DNA of 64,000 nt from Gemmatimonadota bacterium (GTDB taxonomy: Bacteria > Gemmatimonadota > Gemmatimonadetes > JACCXV01 > JAHWKZ01), in NCBI GenBank assembly GCA_035711625.1, contig DASTCA010000037.1, forward strand, positions 71,074 to 135,073, read 5' to 3'. Shown in pieces: positions 28,900 through 38,466 of the stretch (within the stretch, counting starts at the first letter, position 1; each line of letters begins with the position of its first letter). The notes beneath the pieces are model-generated. The model searched no databases. It was not told the origin of the DNA and saw nothing but the letters and a program-made list of their open reading frames with translations. Both the position numbers and the translations under genes were made by a program.

Positions 28900-29613
28900 A
28901 TGTCCGCGCCGCGACCGCTGTCGTTCCTCGCCCATGTCCTGCTGCCGTCGCTCTGCGTGCACTGCGCCGAGCCGCTGCCGCGCTCCCGTCCCGGCATCTG
29001 CCGGTGGTGCCGCGCGACGCTGCGTCCCCTGCCTCCCGGGTGCCGCCGATGCTCGCTCCCGCGCCCGGGAAGCCCGCCCGAATGCGACCGCTGCAGGGCC
29101 TGGCCGACGGGCCTGGAGGCGGTCGCCGCCACGCGGTACGCCGGGGCGGCCGAGTCGGTCGTCCACGCGCTCAAGTATCGCGGATGGTCCCACCTGGCCG
29201 AGCTCTGCGCTGCCTCGATGGCGGAGCCGCTGGCGGAGCGGACCCCCTCGCTCGACGCGATCGTGCCCGTGCCCCTCCACCGCGCCCGGCTCAGGGAGCG
29301 CGGGTTCAACCAGTCGGCGCTGCTCGCCCGGGCCATCGGCGACCGCCTCGCAATTCCAGTCGTCGAAGCGCTGTGCCGGAGTCGTCCTACGCACTCCCAG
29401 GTCGGACTGGGGCGCGCGGCGCGGAAGCGGAACGTCGACGGCGCGTTCACCATCGCGGCGAGGGTCCGACCCGGATCGGTCCTCGCTCTCGTCGACGACG
29501 TGGCGACGAGCGGCGCCACGCTATCCGCCGCCGCCACGGCGCTCATCGCGGCCGGCGCGTCACGAGTGCCGGCCGTCACGTTCGCACTCGCACTGGAAGG
29601 ACCGCCACGGTAA
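28900..29613 (+). CDS. comF: ComF family phosphoribosyltransferase-like protein
   Basis: N-terminal Cys-rich zinc-finger-like region (CVHC..CRWC..CRRC..CDRC) and a C-terminal PRTase loop [12 protein letters not shown]. Confidence 0.8.
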   Translation: MSAPRPLSFLAHVLLPSLCVHCAEPLPRSRPGICRWCRATLRPLPPGCRRCSLPRPGSPPECDRCRAWPTGLEAVAATRYAGAAESVVHALKYRGWSHLAELCAASMAEPLAERTPSLDAIVPVPLHRARLRERGFNQSALLARAIGDRLAIPVVEALCRSRPTHSQVGLGRAARKRNVDGAFTIAARVRPGSVLALVDDVATSGATLSAAATALIAAGASRVPAVTFALALEGPPR

Positions 29614-29711
29614 TTTGCCGCCCCGGTCGCGCGGTCGCGCGGCCGCTGCCGCTGCGACGGTGGGATTCCCGATGGACACGGCCCCGAAGCGATTCGATTC
29701 AGGAGGATTCG

Positions 29712-30716
29712 ATGAGGATAGGGATCAACGGGTTCGGCCGGATCGGCCGGTTGACGTATCGGGCGCTGCGGAAGTCGGGCCGCGATCTCGATCTGGTGGC
29801 CGTCAACGACCTGACCGATGCGGCCACGCTGGCGCACCTTCTCAAGTACGACTCGGTCCACGGACGGTTCGACGGGGACGTGGCGGTCGGGGACGGGAAG
29901 CTCGTCGTCGCCGGTGACGAGTTCCGGGTCCTCTCCGAGCGGGATCCCACGAAGCTCCCGTGGGGTGAGCTCGGAGTCGACGTCGTGATCGAGTCGACCG
30001 GTCGCTTCAAGGACCGAGAGCAGGCCGCGCAGCATCTGACTGCCGGAGCCAGGAAGGTTATCGTGTCGGCCCCCGCCAAGGGCGCCGATCTCACGGTCGT
30101 GGTCGGAGTGAACGACGACCGGATCGAAGCCGGGCACGACGTCCTCTCGAACGCCTCCTGCACGACGAACTGCCTTGCCCCGGTGGCCAAGGTGATCCTC
30201 GCCACGGCGGGTTGGGTCCACGGGCTCATGACGACGACGCACGCCTATACGGCGAGCCAGCACGTGGTCGACTCGCCGGACAAGGACCTGCGTCGGGCAC
30301 GCGCCGCGGCGCTCTCGCTGATCCCCACCACGACCGGGGCGGCGCGCGCGACCGCGCTCGTCCTGCCCGAGCTCGCGGGGAAGATCGACGGGACCGCGAT
30401 CCGGGTACCGACGCCCAACGTGTCGCTCGTCGATCTGACCGTGGAGGTGGAGCGGGCCACCACCGTCGAGGCCCTGAACGCCGCCTTCCGCACGGCCGCC
30501 GAGGGCGAGCTGAAAGGCGTCCTCGCGGTTTCGGACGAGCCGCTCGTCTCCATCGACTTCGTGTCGTCGTCGTACTCTTCGATCGTCGACGCGCCGTCGA
30601 CCGCAGTGCTCGACGGGACGCTGGTCAAGGTCTTCTCCTGGTACGACAACGAGATGGGTTTCTCGACCCGACTCCTCGACCTAGCCGAGCGCCTCCGGCC
30701 GTTCCTCGGCCGATGA
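29712..30716 (+). CDS. gap: glyceraldehyde-3-phosphate dehydrogenase
   Basis: ATG 29712 after [19 protein letters not shown], active site [20 protein letters not shown]. Confidence 0.95.
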   Translation: MRIGINGFGRIGRLTYRALRKSGRDLDLVAVNDLTDAATLAHLLKYDSVHGRFDGDVAVGDGKLVVAGDEFRVLSERDPTKLPWGELGVDVVIESTGRFKDREQAAQHLTAGARKVIVSAPAKGADLTVVVGVNDDRIEAGHDVLSNASCTTNCLAPVAKVILATAGWVHGLMTTTHAYTASQHVVDSPDKDLRRARAAALSLIPTTTGAARATALVLPELAGKIDGTAIRVPTPNVSLVDLTVEVERATTVEALNAAFRTAAEGELKGVLAVSDEPLVSIDFVSSSYSSIVDAPSTAVLDGTLVKVFSWYDNEMGFSTRLLDLAERLRPFLGR

Positions 30717-31954
30717 CCCCGGGCGGCATCGCGTCCGCCCTGGCGCGCCTTTCCATCGACGACCTCGATCGCGCCGAGGTTTCCGGTCGGCGCGCCCTGG
30801 TGCGCGTCGATTTCAATGTTCCACTGGAGGGGACCGGAGCCTCGCGCAGGGTCGCGAGCGATATGCGGATCCGCGCCGCGCTCCCGACCGTGCGATGGCT
30901 CGTGGAGCGCGAGGCCACCGTCGTCCTCGCCAGTCACCTCGGTCGCCCGAAGGGGCGCGACCCCGATCTCGCCATGGCCCCGGTCGCGGAACGGCTGAGG
31001 GAGCTTCTCGGCCTCCCCGTCGAGTACCTGGCGGACGCTTTCGGGGCCGAGGCCGAGGCGCGCACCAAGGCTGCAAGCGGCGGCGTGCTCATGCTCGAGA
31101 ACCTCCGCTTCGATCCGGGGGAGAAGGCGAACGACCCGGATTTCGCGCGCCGCCTGGCCGCGCTCGGCGACTTGTTCGTCGAGGACGCGTTCGGCGCCTG
31201 TCACCGCGCCCACGCCTCGACCGTCGGGGTGACCCGCCACCTGAGCCCGTGCGCGGCCGGCAAGTTGGTGGGGAGCGAGCTCGCCGCGTTCCGGCGGCTG
31301 CTCGAGGAGCCCCGGCGCCCGTTCGTCGCGGTGCTCGGGGGCGCGAAGATCGCGGGAAAGCTGGAGACCGTGCGCGGCCTGCTCGAGCGCTGCGACGTGG
31401 TCTGCCTGGGCGGCGGCATGGCGAATACGTTCTTCCTCGCGCGCGGCGGGGAAGTGGGCGATTCCCTGGTCGAGCCCGATCTCGTCGAGGAGGCCCGTGC
31501 GCTCCTCGCCGAGCATGGCGACGCGCTCGAGCTGCCGGAAGACGTGGTCGTGGCGCGCGAGCTCCGGGAAGGCGCGGAGTGGCGGGTGGTGCCCTCGGAC
31601 GCGGTCGGGGTGGGGTGGAGGATCCTCGACGTGGGCCCCGCGACGGTCGCGGCCTACGGCCGGCGGGTCCAAGAGGCCGGGACCGTCTTCTGGAACGGCC
31701 CGCTCGGAGTCTTCGAGACCCCACCCTTCGACGCGGGGACACGCGGCATCGCCGAGCTCCTGGCCGCGGCCACCCGAGCCGGTGCCTTCACGGTGGCGGG
31801 CGGCGGCGACTCGATCGCCGCGCTCGAGGAGGCCGGACGGATCGGGGACGTAAGCCATGTCTCGACCGGCGGCGGCGCGGCGCTCGAGCTGGTGAGCGGG
31901 GTCATGCTCCCCGGGATCGAGGTGCTCGACCCGCCCCGCGGTATCGCCTCGTGA
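30713..31954 (+). CDS. pgk: phosphoglycerate kinase
   Basis: ATGA overlap with gap. [37 protein letters not shown]. Confidence 0.95.
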   Translation: MTPGGIASALARLSIDDLDRAEVSGRRALVRVDFNVPLEGTGASRRVASDMRIRAALPTVRWLVEREATVVLASHLGRPKGRDPDLAMAPVAERLRELLGLPVEYLADAFGAEAEARTKAASGGVLMLENLRFDPGEKANDPDFARRLAALGDLFVEDAFGACHRAHASTVGVTRHLSPCAAGKLVGSELAAFRRLLEEPRRPFVAVLGGAKIAGKLETVRGLLERCDVVCLGGGMANTFFLARGGEVGDSLVEPDLVEEARALLAEHGDALELPEDVVVARELREGAEWRVVPSDAVGVGWRILDVGPATVAAYGRRVQEAGTVFWNGPLGVFETPPFDAGTRGIAELLAAATRAGAFTVAGGGDSIAALEEAGRIGDVSHVSTGGGAALELVSGVMLPGIEVLDPPRGIAS

Positions 31955-32718
31955 GCCGCCCGGTCGTCGTCGCGGCAAACTGGAAGATGCACAAGACCGC
32001 CGCCGACGCGATCGCCTATCTGGCCGCCTTCGAGGCCCAAGCGCCCCGGTCGCGCCCAGGCGTGGAGGTCGCCTTCTTTCCGCCGTTCCCCATCCTGGAG
32101 GCCGTCGGGAGAGCCCTCCGGGAACGCACCGACGCTTCGGTGGGGGGCCAGAACTGTCACTGGGAGACTCACGGCGCGTTCACGGGCGAGGTCTCCGCGG
32201 CGATGCTCGTCGCCGCGGGAGCGAGCAGAGTTCTCGTCGGTCACAGCGAGCGTCGACAGCTCTTCGGTGAGACCGACGAAACGTGCGCGCTCAAGCTGCG
32301 GGCGGCGCTGGCCGCCGGCCTGGATCCCATGTTGTGCGTGGGCGAGACGCTGGAGGAGCGCGACCGCGGCAGCGCTCGGACCGTGGTGCTCCGACAGCTG
32401 ACGCGTGTCGTCAAGGACCTCACCCGCGACGAGCACGCTCGGCTCTCGATCGCGTACGAGCCCGTGTGGGCGATCGGCACGGGTCGCACGGCCGAACCGG
32501 ACGACGCCCAGGAGATGCACGCGGCGATCCGCGAGATCCTGGCGTCGGTCTCCTCTCCAGACGCGGCCCGCGCGACACCTGTGCTCTACGGCGGGAGCGT
32601 CAAACCCGGGAACGCGGCCCGGCTGCTCGAGGAGCCGGACATCGACGGCGCGCTGGTGGGGGGCGCGAGCCTCGATGCGTCGGACTTCGTCGCCATCGTT
32701 CGCGCCGCTCACGGTTGA
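31951..32718 (+). CDS. tpiA: triosephosphate isomerase
   Basis: GTGA overlap with pgk. VVAANWKMHKT, VLVGHSERR, AYEPVWAIGTG, LYGGSVKP. Confidence 0.95.
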   Translation: MSRPVVVAANWKMHKTAADAIAYLAAFEAQAPRSRPGVEVAFFPPFPILEAVGRALRERTDASVGGQNCHWETHGAFTGEVSAAMLVAAGASRVLVGHSERRQLFGETDETCALKLRAALAAGLDPMLCVGETLEERDRGSARTVVLRQLTRVVKDLTRDEHARLSIAYEPVWAIGTGRTAEPDDAQEMHAAIREILASVSSPDAARATPVLYGGSVKPGNAARLLEEPDIDGALVGGASLDASDFVAIVRAAHG

Positions 32719-32753
32719 CGCTGCGGGCGGGAACGGTAAATTCATAGGCTGCT

Positions 32754-33179
32754 ATGTATACGACTCTCTTGATCCTGCTCCTCATCGACTGCTTCGTCCT
32801 CGTCGTCGTCGTCCTGCTCCAGGCCGGCAAGGGCGGGGGGCTGGCAGCCGGCTTCGGCGGCGCCGGCACCGGCATGGAGATGATGGGGAGCCGGCAGACC
32901 GTGACGTTCCTGCACACTGCGACCAAGTGGCTGGGAGGCGCGTTCCTGGTCATCTGCTTCGTGCTGTCGCTGCTCACGGTCAGAGGCTCCGCACCGCGCA
33001 GCCTGATCGAGTCCGAGTTGCAGGGTCAGCGGCAGGCCGCTCCGGCGGACGCCCCGACCGAGACCGGCGACCCGAGCGACCTGCAGTCGATCATGGGAGA
33101 CGAGGGTCAGGAGGCGGCGCCACAGGGCGAACCCGCCCCGGGGAACCCGGCGGGCGAACCGGCTCAGCCTCCGGAGTGA
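32754..33179 (+). CDS. secG: preprotein translocase subunit SecG
   Basis: LLLIDCFVLVVVVLLQAGKGGGL..FGG motif, a second TM segment, and a low-complexity C-terminal tail. Confidence 0.88.
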   Translation: MYTTLLILLLIDCFVLVVVVLLQAGKGGGLAAGFGGAGTGMEMMGSRQTVTFLHTATKWLGGAFLVICFVLSLLTVRGSAPRSLIESELQGQRQAAPADAPTETGDPSDLQSIMGDEGQEAAPQGEPAPGNPAGEPAQPPE

Positions 33180-33198
33180 CCCGCCGCGCGTCGGACGC

Positions 33199-33285
33199 GC
33201 CCAAGTGGTGGAACTGGTAGACACGCTGTCTTGAGGGGGCAGTGGCCGAAAGGCCGTGGGAGTTCGAATCTCCCCTTGGGCACCA
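33199..33285 (+). tRNA. tRNA-Leu (anticodon GAG), type II with long variable arm, CCA encoded
   Basis: Manual cloverleaf. Acceptor GCCCAAG/CTTGGGC, D arm GTG..CAC, anticodon stem CTGTC/GGCAG with loop TTGAGGG, variable arm TGGCCGAAAGGCCGT, T arm GGGAG-TTCGAAT-CTCCC, discriminator A plus CCA. Confidence 0.93.
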
Positions 33286-33318
33286 CCCTCGATGATCTCT
33301 TCGACGGGTATAAAACAA

Positions 33319-33352
33319 GACGGGTCGCCCTGGGCGACCCGTTCTCGTTTTT
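33319..33352. terminator. bidirectional intrinsic terminator
   Basis: Perfect stem GACGGGTCGCC-CTG-GGCGACCCGT(T). Followed by TCTCGTTTTT on the plus strand and TCTTGTTTTAT on the minus strand. Sits between tRNA-Leu and the convergent small gene. Confidence 0.7.
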
Positions 33353-33387
33353 GGCGCTGCCCCGCGTGGGGTGCGTCGCCCCTACGG

Positions 33388-33516
33388 TCACAGGAGCTGG
33401 ATGATCACCAGAATGAGGATGATGACCAGCAGCAGGTGAATGAAGCCGCCGACGGGCCTCACGAATCCCCCCAGCAGCCAAAGGATCAGCAGGATCACGA
33501 TGATGGTCCACAGCAT
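33388..33516 (-). CDS. 42-aa hydrophobic membrane protein (lmo0937-like family)
   Basis: Not in the ORF track (<60 aa). ATG 33516 is preceded by GGAGGAGGGG. Peptide MLWTIIVILLILWLLGGFVRPVGGFIHLLLVIILILVIIQLL. Stop at 33388, terminator downstream. Confidence 0.7.
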   Translation of the reverse strand: MLWTIIVILLILWLLGGFVRPVGGFIHLLLVIILILVIIQLL

Positions 33517-33633
33517 TGGCCTTGTCCCCTCCTCCTGCGAGTCAAAGTATCGAGGCGCCTCGGCGCTCGAACCGCCATACTATCTATCCTTTTCGCTACG
33601 CCGTCGATAGTAGGAATCTGACAAGATCGGGAG

Positions 33634-34326
33634 GTGGGGCTGCTTCCGTTCCGGGACCACCTGCCGAGGAGGACCCGCCCGTGGGTGACTCTCGCGCTCA
33701 TCGGGGCCAACGTGGCGGCGTTCGCCTACGAGCTATCCCTCGGATCGGCACTGGAGGGATTCCTCCAGGAATACGGCGTGGTCCCCGCCCGAATCGCAGG
33801 GCAGTGGCGCGCGGGGGCGCGCGGCTGGAGCGAGCTCGCGCCGGTCCTTACCGCGATGTTCCTCCACGGAGGGTGGCTGCACCTCGTCCTGAACCTCTGG
33901 TTCCTGTGGATCTTCGGCGACAATGTCGAGGACCGGATCGGGCACTCGCGCTATCTGGTCCTGTATCTCGCCGCCGGAACGGCGGCCACGCTGGCGCACG
34001 TGATCGCCAATCCCACGTCGACTCTGCCCACGGTCGGCGCCAGCGGGGCGATCGCTGGCGTCCTCGGAGCGTATTTCCTGGCCTATCCCCGCGCTCGGGT
34101 GACGACCCTGATCCCGATCTTCGTATTCATTCACGTCGCCGTCCTGCCGGCGTGGGTCGTCCTCGGAATGTGGTTCGCGCTTCAGTTTCTGAGCGGTGCG
34201 CTCTCCCTCGCGACAACACAGGCGAGCGCGGGAGGTGTCGCGTGGTGGGCGCACATCGGCGGGTTCGCGGCAGGGTTCCTCCTGATGCCCGTGCTCATGA
34301 TCGGGCGGCGCGGGCGACGACGGTGA
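33634..34326 (+). CDS. rhomboid family intramembrane serine protease
   Basis: HGGWLHLVLNLWFLWIFG, catalytic GASGAIAGVLGAY and AHIGGFAAGFLL motifs. Confidence 0.9.
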   Translation: MGLLPFRDHLPRRTRPWVTLALIGANVAAFAYELSLGSALEGFLQEYGVVPARIAGQWRAGARGWSELAPVLTAMFLHGGWLHLVLNLWFLWIFGDNVEDRIGHSRYLVLYLAAGTAATLAHVIANPTSTLPTVGASGAIAGVLGAYFLAYPRARVTTLIPIFVFIHVAVLPAWVVLGMWFALQFLSGALSLATTQASAGGVAWWAHIGGFAAGFLLMPVLMIGRRGRRR

Positions 34327-34411
34327 GATTCGAGCCCGGCCCTACGGTTGACGAGGCCGCGCACTGCGGCGCATCTTGCCTTCAGGGTCGTGACCTCCCA
34401 AGGAGGATCGG

Positions 34412-34663
34412 ATGATCGGAAGGATCAAGGCATTCGCCGCCGGGTTCCTGATCGGAATCCTCGTCGCGCCCCGCTCGGGGAGCGCTTCGCGACGGTTGCT
34501 CATGGACCGCTTCGCCGAGTTCCTCGACGGCGGGCGTCGAGAATACGAGGAGTTGGAGGAGGATCTGGCCGCGAGGCGATCGAACGGGCCGCTGACGGAA
34601 AACGACTGGCCCGAGGTCGACGAGTCGATGATCGGCGGACCCGACACCCGCTCGGGCGCGTGA
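34412..34663 (+). CDS. YtxH domain-containing protein
   Basis: ATG after AAGGAGGA. N-terminal AAGFLIGILVAPRSGSASRR is the YtxH signature, followed by a charged helical tail. Confidence 0.75.
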   Translation: MIGRIKAFAAGFLIGILVAPRSGSASRRLLMDRFAEFLDGGRREYEELEEDLAARRSNGPLTENDWPEVDESMIGGPDTRSGA

Positions 34664-34902
34664 GCGATTCGGCCCTCCCGCTGGTCGTCACCTGCGGCGA
34701 GCGCGTGATCTGTCACCTGGTGGAGCCGACCGTGCTCGCTGGCGAGCTCCCGCGTCTTGTCGAGCTGTATTTCGCGCCGCATGGGATCGGTTGCGGGGCT
34801 CCCCGCGCGAGATCCGCGAGCGCGGAGCTCGAGCTCGACCCCGCGCGACCCATCGGTGAGCAGGTCGCGCCTGACTCGGAGATTCTCTTTCCGACTGTTT
34901 GA
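34660..34902 (+). CDS. hypothetical 80-aa protein
   Basis: GTG overlaps the ytxH stop (GTGA). 63 of 80 codons end in G/C by my count, which looks coding. It fills the otherwise empty 243-bp gap before hyuA. No family recognised. Confidence 0.45.
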   Translation: MSDSALPLVVTCGERVICHLVEPTVLAGELPRLVELYFAPHGIGCGAPRARSASAELELDPARPIGEQVAPDSEILFPTV

Positions 34903-34906
34903 CGGG

Positions 34907-36892
34907 TTGGCGGTCGCGCGGACCCTGCGGATCGGCATCGACGCCGGCGGGACGTTCACCGACTGCGTAGCCGAGCGCGCCGACGGATCGCTCGCTTTCC
35001 ACAAGCTCCCTTCCACACCCGAAGACCCTGGCCGCGCCGTGGCCGAGGGCGAGCGCGCGCTCGCGGGGGACGAGTCCGCTGGGATCCTGACCCATGGATC
35101 CACGGTCGCCACGAACGCATTCCTCGAGGGCCGGATGGGAGCGGTGGGCCTGATCGTGAACCGGGGCCTCGAGGACGTCCTCGCGATCGGGCGGCAGAGT
35201 CGCCGAAACCTCTACTCTCTCGCTCCCGAAGGGCCGCGCCGGCTCGTGCCCGAGGAGCGGATTCGCGGCATCGGCGCGCGGGTCTCGGCGAGCGGCGTTG
35301 CAGTGGCGGCTTTGAATCCCGCGGAGCTCGAGCGGGCGGCCGCGGAGCTGGTCGCGGTCGGCGCCCGGACGATCGTCGTCGCGCTGCTCCATTCGGCGCG
35401 CCACCCCGCGATGGAGCTGACGGCGCGTCAGCTGCTCGAGACCGCCGGTTACCGGGTTGTGGCGAGCCACGAGGTGAGCGCCGAGGCCCGCGAGTACGAG
35501 CGTTGGGCGACGGCGGTCGTCGACGCCGGCCTGGCGCCGGTCGTGAGCGGTTACTTCACCGGGCTCGGGGCTCGGCTCCGTGCACGGGAGATCCGCGTCA
35601 TGCTGTCCAGCGGTGGGACGGCGCGGGCCGACGAGGCGGCCGCGCGGGCCATCTCGACGATCCTATCCGGTCCTGCGGCGGGAGTGATCGGCGCCCGATT
35701 GGCGGCGCGAGCGGCCGGGTTCGAGCGGCTCGTGACGTTCGACATGGGCGGCACTTCGTGCGACGTCGCGCTCGTCCCCGGTGAACCGGTGCGGACGACC
35801 GAGGCCGAGCTCGACGGCGTGCCGCTGCGAGTGCCCCTCGTCGACATCCGCACTGTGGGCGCGGGGGGAGGCTCCGTGGTGTGGCGAGACCCGGCCGGCG
35901 CGTTGCGGGTGGGTCCGCGGAGCGCGGGCGCGGTCCCCGGGCCGGCCTGCTACGGTACGGGAGGAAGCGAGCCAACGTTGACCGATGCGCACCTCCTGCT
36001 CGGGCATCTCGATCCGGCGCGATTCCTGGGCGGGCGTCGACCGCTGGATCCCGCGCTCGCCGAGCGCGCGCTGGCGCGCCTCGCGGCGGAGCTCGGCGCC
36101 GGGACGCGGGAGACCGCCGCGGCGGCGATCGCGATCGCGGACGCGCAGCTCGAGCGAGCGGTCCGCGGAGTGACGGTCGATCGTGGTCACGACCCGGCGG
36201 ACTTCACGCTGGTCGCCTTCGGTGGGGCCGGCGGGCTCCACGCGGCTCGCCTGGCCGGGAGCCTGGGCTGCCGGCGGATCCTCATCCCGCGCACGGCGGG
36301 GACGCTCTCCGCGGTGGGCTGCCTCGCCGCCGATGTCCGGCGCGACGTCGCGCGTGCAATCCTCGAACCGGCGAGCGCCGTGTCCGGGCGCTCGGACGCC
36401 TGGTTCGAGGCGCTCGAACGAGAGGCGGAGGCGGCGCTCCGGTCGGAGAATGTTCCGCCGGAGCGCCGGAAGACCTCGCGCTCGCTCTCGATGCGCTACG
36501 TGGGTCAGTCGTACGAGGTCGATGTGCCGGCGGACGGAAACGAGGATGCGGCGGAGCGATTCCACCGCGCACACACCGAACGCTACGGCTACTCCCGGCC
36601 GGAGGCGCCCGTCGAGATCGTCGCCGCACGCGTGGCCGCCGTGGGAGTGGGCCGCGAGCCTGAGCTCCCGACGCATCGGCCGTCTGGGGACGACACGCCG
36701 GACCGGCGCTCACTCTGGCTGGCGGGACGCGTGGCCCTGGTCGAGGCGTGGCGCTGGGCCGCGCTCCACGCCGGCCACGAGAGCCTCGGCCCCGCGGTCG
36801 TGTTCGACGACCATGCGACCGCGCTCGTGCCGGACGGCTGGCGCTGGCGGGTGGACGGTCGAGGGAACCTGGTCCTCGAGCTCGCCGCATGA
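34907..36892 (+). CDS. hyuA: hydantoinase/oxoprolinase A-type subunit (HyuA family)
   Basis: TTG 34907 gives MAVARTLRIGIDAGGTFTDC. FDMGGTSCDV and GAGGGS motifs. The upstream part of the track ORF is Ser/Arg-rich and is rejected. Confidence 0.85.
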   Translation: MAVARTLRIGIDAGGTFTDCVAERADGSLAFHKLPSTPEDPGRAVAEGERALAGDESAGILTHGSTVATNAFLEGRMGAVGLIVNRGLEDVLAIGRQSRRNLYSLAPEGPRRLVPEERIRGIGARVSASGVAVAALNPAELERAAAELVAVGARTIVVALLHSARHPAMELTARQLLETAGYRVVASHEVSAEAREYERWATAVVDAGLAPVVSGYFTGLGARLRAREIRVMLSSGGTARADEAAARAISTILSGPAAGVIGARLAARAAGFERLVTFDMGGTSCDVALVPGEPVRTTEAELDGVPLRVPLVDIRTVGAGGGSVVWRDPAGALRVGPRSAGAVPGPACYGTGGSEPTLTDAHLLLGHLDPARFLGGRRPLDPALAERALARLAAELGAGTRETAAAAIAIADAQLERAVRGVTVDRGHDPADFTLVAFGGAGGLHAARLAGSLGCRRILIPRTAGTLSAVGCLAADVRRDVARAILEPASAVSGRSDAWFEALEREAEAALRSENVPPERRKTSRSLSMRYVGQSYEVDVPADGNEDAAERFHRAHTERYGYSRPEAPVEIVAARVAAVGVGREPELPTHRPSGDDTPDRRSLWLAGRVALVEAWRWAALHAGHESLGPAVVFDDHATALVPDGWRWRVDGRGNLVLELAA

Positions 36893-38466
36893 GCGGGACG
36901 CGCGCGGCTCCGCTCGAGCTCGGCCTCTTCCACGCGCTCTTCGTCGCGCTCGCGGAGGAGATGGGAAGCGTGCTCCAACGGACTGCGCTCTCGCCGAACA
37001 TCGTCGAGCGACGCGACCACTCGTGCGCGGTCTACGATCGCGCCGGCCGGACGATCGCGATGGGCGACCACATGCCGGTCCATCTCGGTTCGATGCCGCT
37101 ATCGGTCGCGGCCGTCCGCTCCGCGCTGCGGCTCGGCCCCGGCGATGTCGCGGTGGTGAATGACCCGGATGGGGGCGGCACCCACTTGCCCGACCTGACG
37201 CTGGTTCAGGGGGTGTACCTCGAGGGCGACGACGAGCCCGCCTTCCATCTCGCCGATCGCGCCCATCACGCCGATGTCGGTGGGCGGACGGGCGGATCGA
37301 TGGGGCCCGCGACGAACCTATGGGAGGAGGGCGTCGTCCTGCCTCCCGTCCGGCTTCTCGCCGGGGGCCGGAACGTCGCTCCGACGTGGCGCCACGTCCT
37401 GTCCGGCGTCCGTACGCCGGCGGAGCGCGAGGGAGATCTCGCCGCACAGCTCGCAGCGCTCCGCACCGGAGAGCGCAGGCTGCGCTCGCTGGTCGCACGG
37501 TACGGGCGCACGAAGCTGGAAGCGATGTCGGAGGAGCTTTTGGCCTATGCCGCCCGCGGCGTGCGCGCGATGCTCCGCGACGTCCCCGACGGGTCCTGGC
37601 AGTTCGCGGACATCCTCGACGACGACGGCGTGCGCGACGAGACGATCGAGATCCGCGTGCGCGTGACGCTCCGGGGGGAATCCGCGCGCTTCGACTTCGG
37701 CGGGACGACGGGTCCCAGCGCGGGACCCCTGAACGCGAATCCGGCGATCGTCCGGAGCGCGATCCTGTACGCGATCCGTGCGCTCGCCCCCCACGACCTC
37801 CCGGCGAACGACGGGCTCCTGGATCCGATCGAGATCCGCGTGCCGCCGGGGAGCATCCTCGACCCCGGTCCGGGGCACGCCGTGGCGGGAGGAAACGTCG
37901 AGACGAGCCAGCGGGTCGTCGACGCGATCCTGGGCGCGCTGGCGCAGGCGCTCCCGGACCGCGTTCCGGCCGCGAGCCAGGGCACCATGAACAACCTTGC
38001 GCTGACGGGCGCCGGCGCCGACGGGCGGCCGTTCACCTACTACGAGACGGTGGCGGGAGGGGCGGGAGCCGGACCCGGGACGCGCGGCGCGTCGGGTATC
38101 CATACGCATATGACGAACAGCCGGAACACTCCGCTGGAGGCGCTCGAGCGTGCGCTCCCGCTGCGGGCGCAGCGGTACGGCTACCGCACGGGAAGCGGAG
38201 GCGCGGGACGCTGGCCGGGCGGCGACGGCCTGGTGCGCGAGATCGAGGCGCTGGCTCCGATCGAAGGAACGCTGCTCGCCGACCGCCGGAAGCGCGGGCC
38301 CTGGGGTCTGGCCGGAGGAGAGAACGGCCGGGTCGGCGTGGACCGGATCGAGCGCGCCGGCGGCGTCGTCGAGAAGCTCCCGTCCAAGGGGTCGTTCTCG
38401 CTCCGGCCGGGCGACAAGCTCGTGATCGAGTCCCCCGGCGGGGGTGGCTGGGGCGGGGAGGAGTGA
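36889..38466 (+). CDS. hyuB: hydantoinase B/oxoprolinase subunit (HyuB family)
   Basis: ATGA overlap with hyuA. SPNIVERRDHSCAVYD, HLGSMP, NDPDGGGTHLPD, GGGGWG end. Confidence 0.85.
   Translation: MSGTRAAPLELGLFHALFVALAEEMGSVLQRTALSPNIVERRDHSCAVYDRAGRTIAMGDHMPVHLGSMPLSVAAVRSALRLGPGDVAVVNDPDGGGTHLPDLTLVQGVYLEGDDEPAFHLADRAHHADVGGRTGGSMGPATNLWEEGVVLPPVRLLAGGRNVAPTWRHVLSGVRTPAEREGDLAAQLAALRTGERRLRSLVARYGRTKLEAMSEELLAYAARGVRAMLRDVPDGSWQFADILDDDGVRDETIEIRVRVTLRGESARFDFGGTTGPSAGPLNANPAIVRSAILYAIRALAPHDLPANDGLLDPIEIRVPPGSILDPGPGHAVAGGNVETSQRVVDAILGALAQALPDRVPAASQGTMNNLALTGAGADGRPFTYYETVAGGAGAGPGTRGASGIHTHMTNSRNTPLEALERALPLRAQRYGYRTGSGGAGRWPGGDGLVREIEALAPIEGTLLADRRKRGPWGLAGGENGRVGVDRIERAGGVVEKLPSKGSFSLRPGDKLVIESPGGGGWGGEE

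Noticed and set aside
29004-29711. N-terminal extensions of many plus-strand track ORFs (for example gap from 29004, pgk from 30212, tpiA from 30895, trpS from 43075, degV from 41243, sigma from 48281)
   Set aside because: The extensions overlap the preceding real gene in another frame and are Arg/Pro/Gly-rich. Internal ATG or GTG starts with an RBS or a 4-nt overlap reproduce canonical N-termini such as [13 protein letters not shown].
28644-31978. Long minus-strand ORFs (28644..30263 and 30245..31978) antisense to comF, gap and pgk
   Set aside because: The plus strand carries unmistakable GAPDH and PGK signatures. The antisense products are Arg/Pro/Gly-rich with no motifs.
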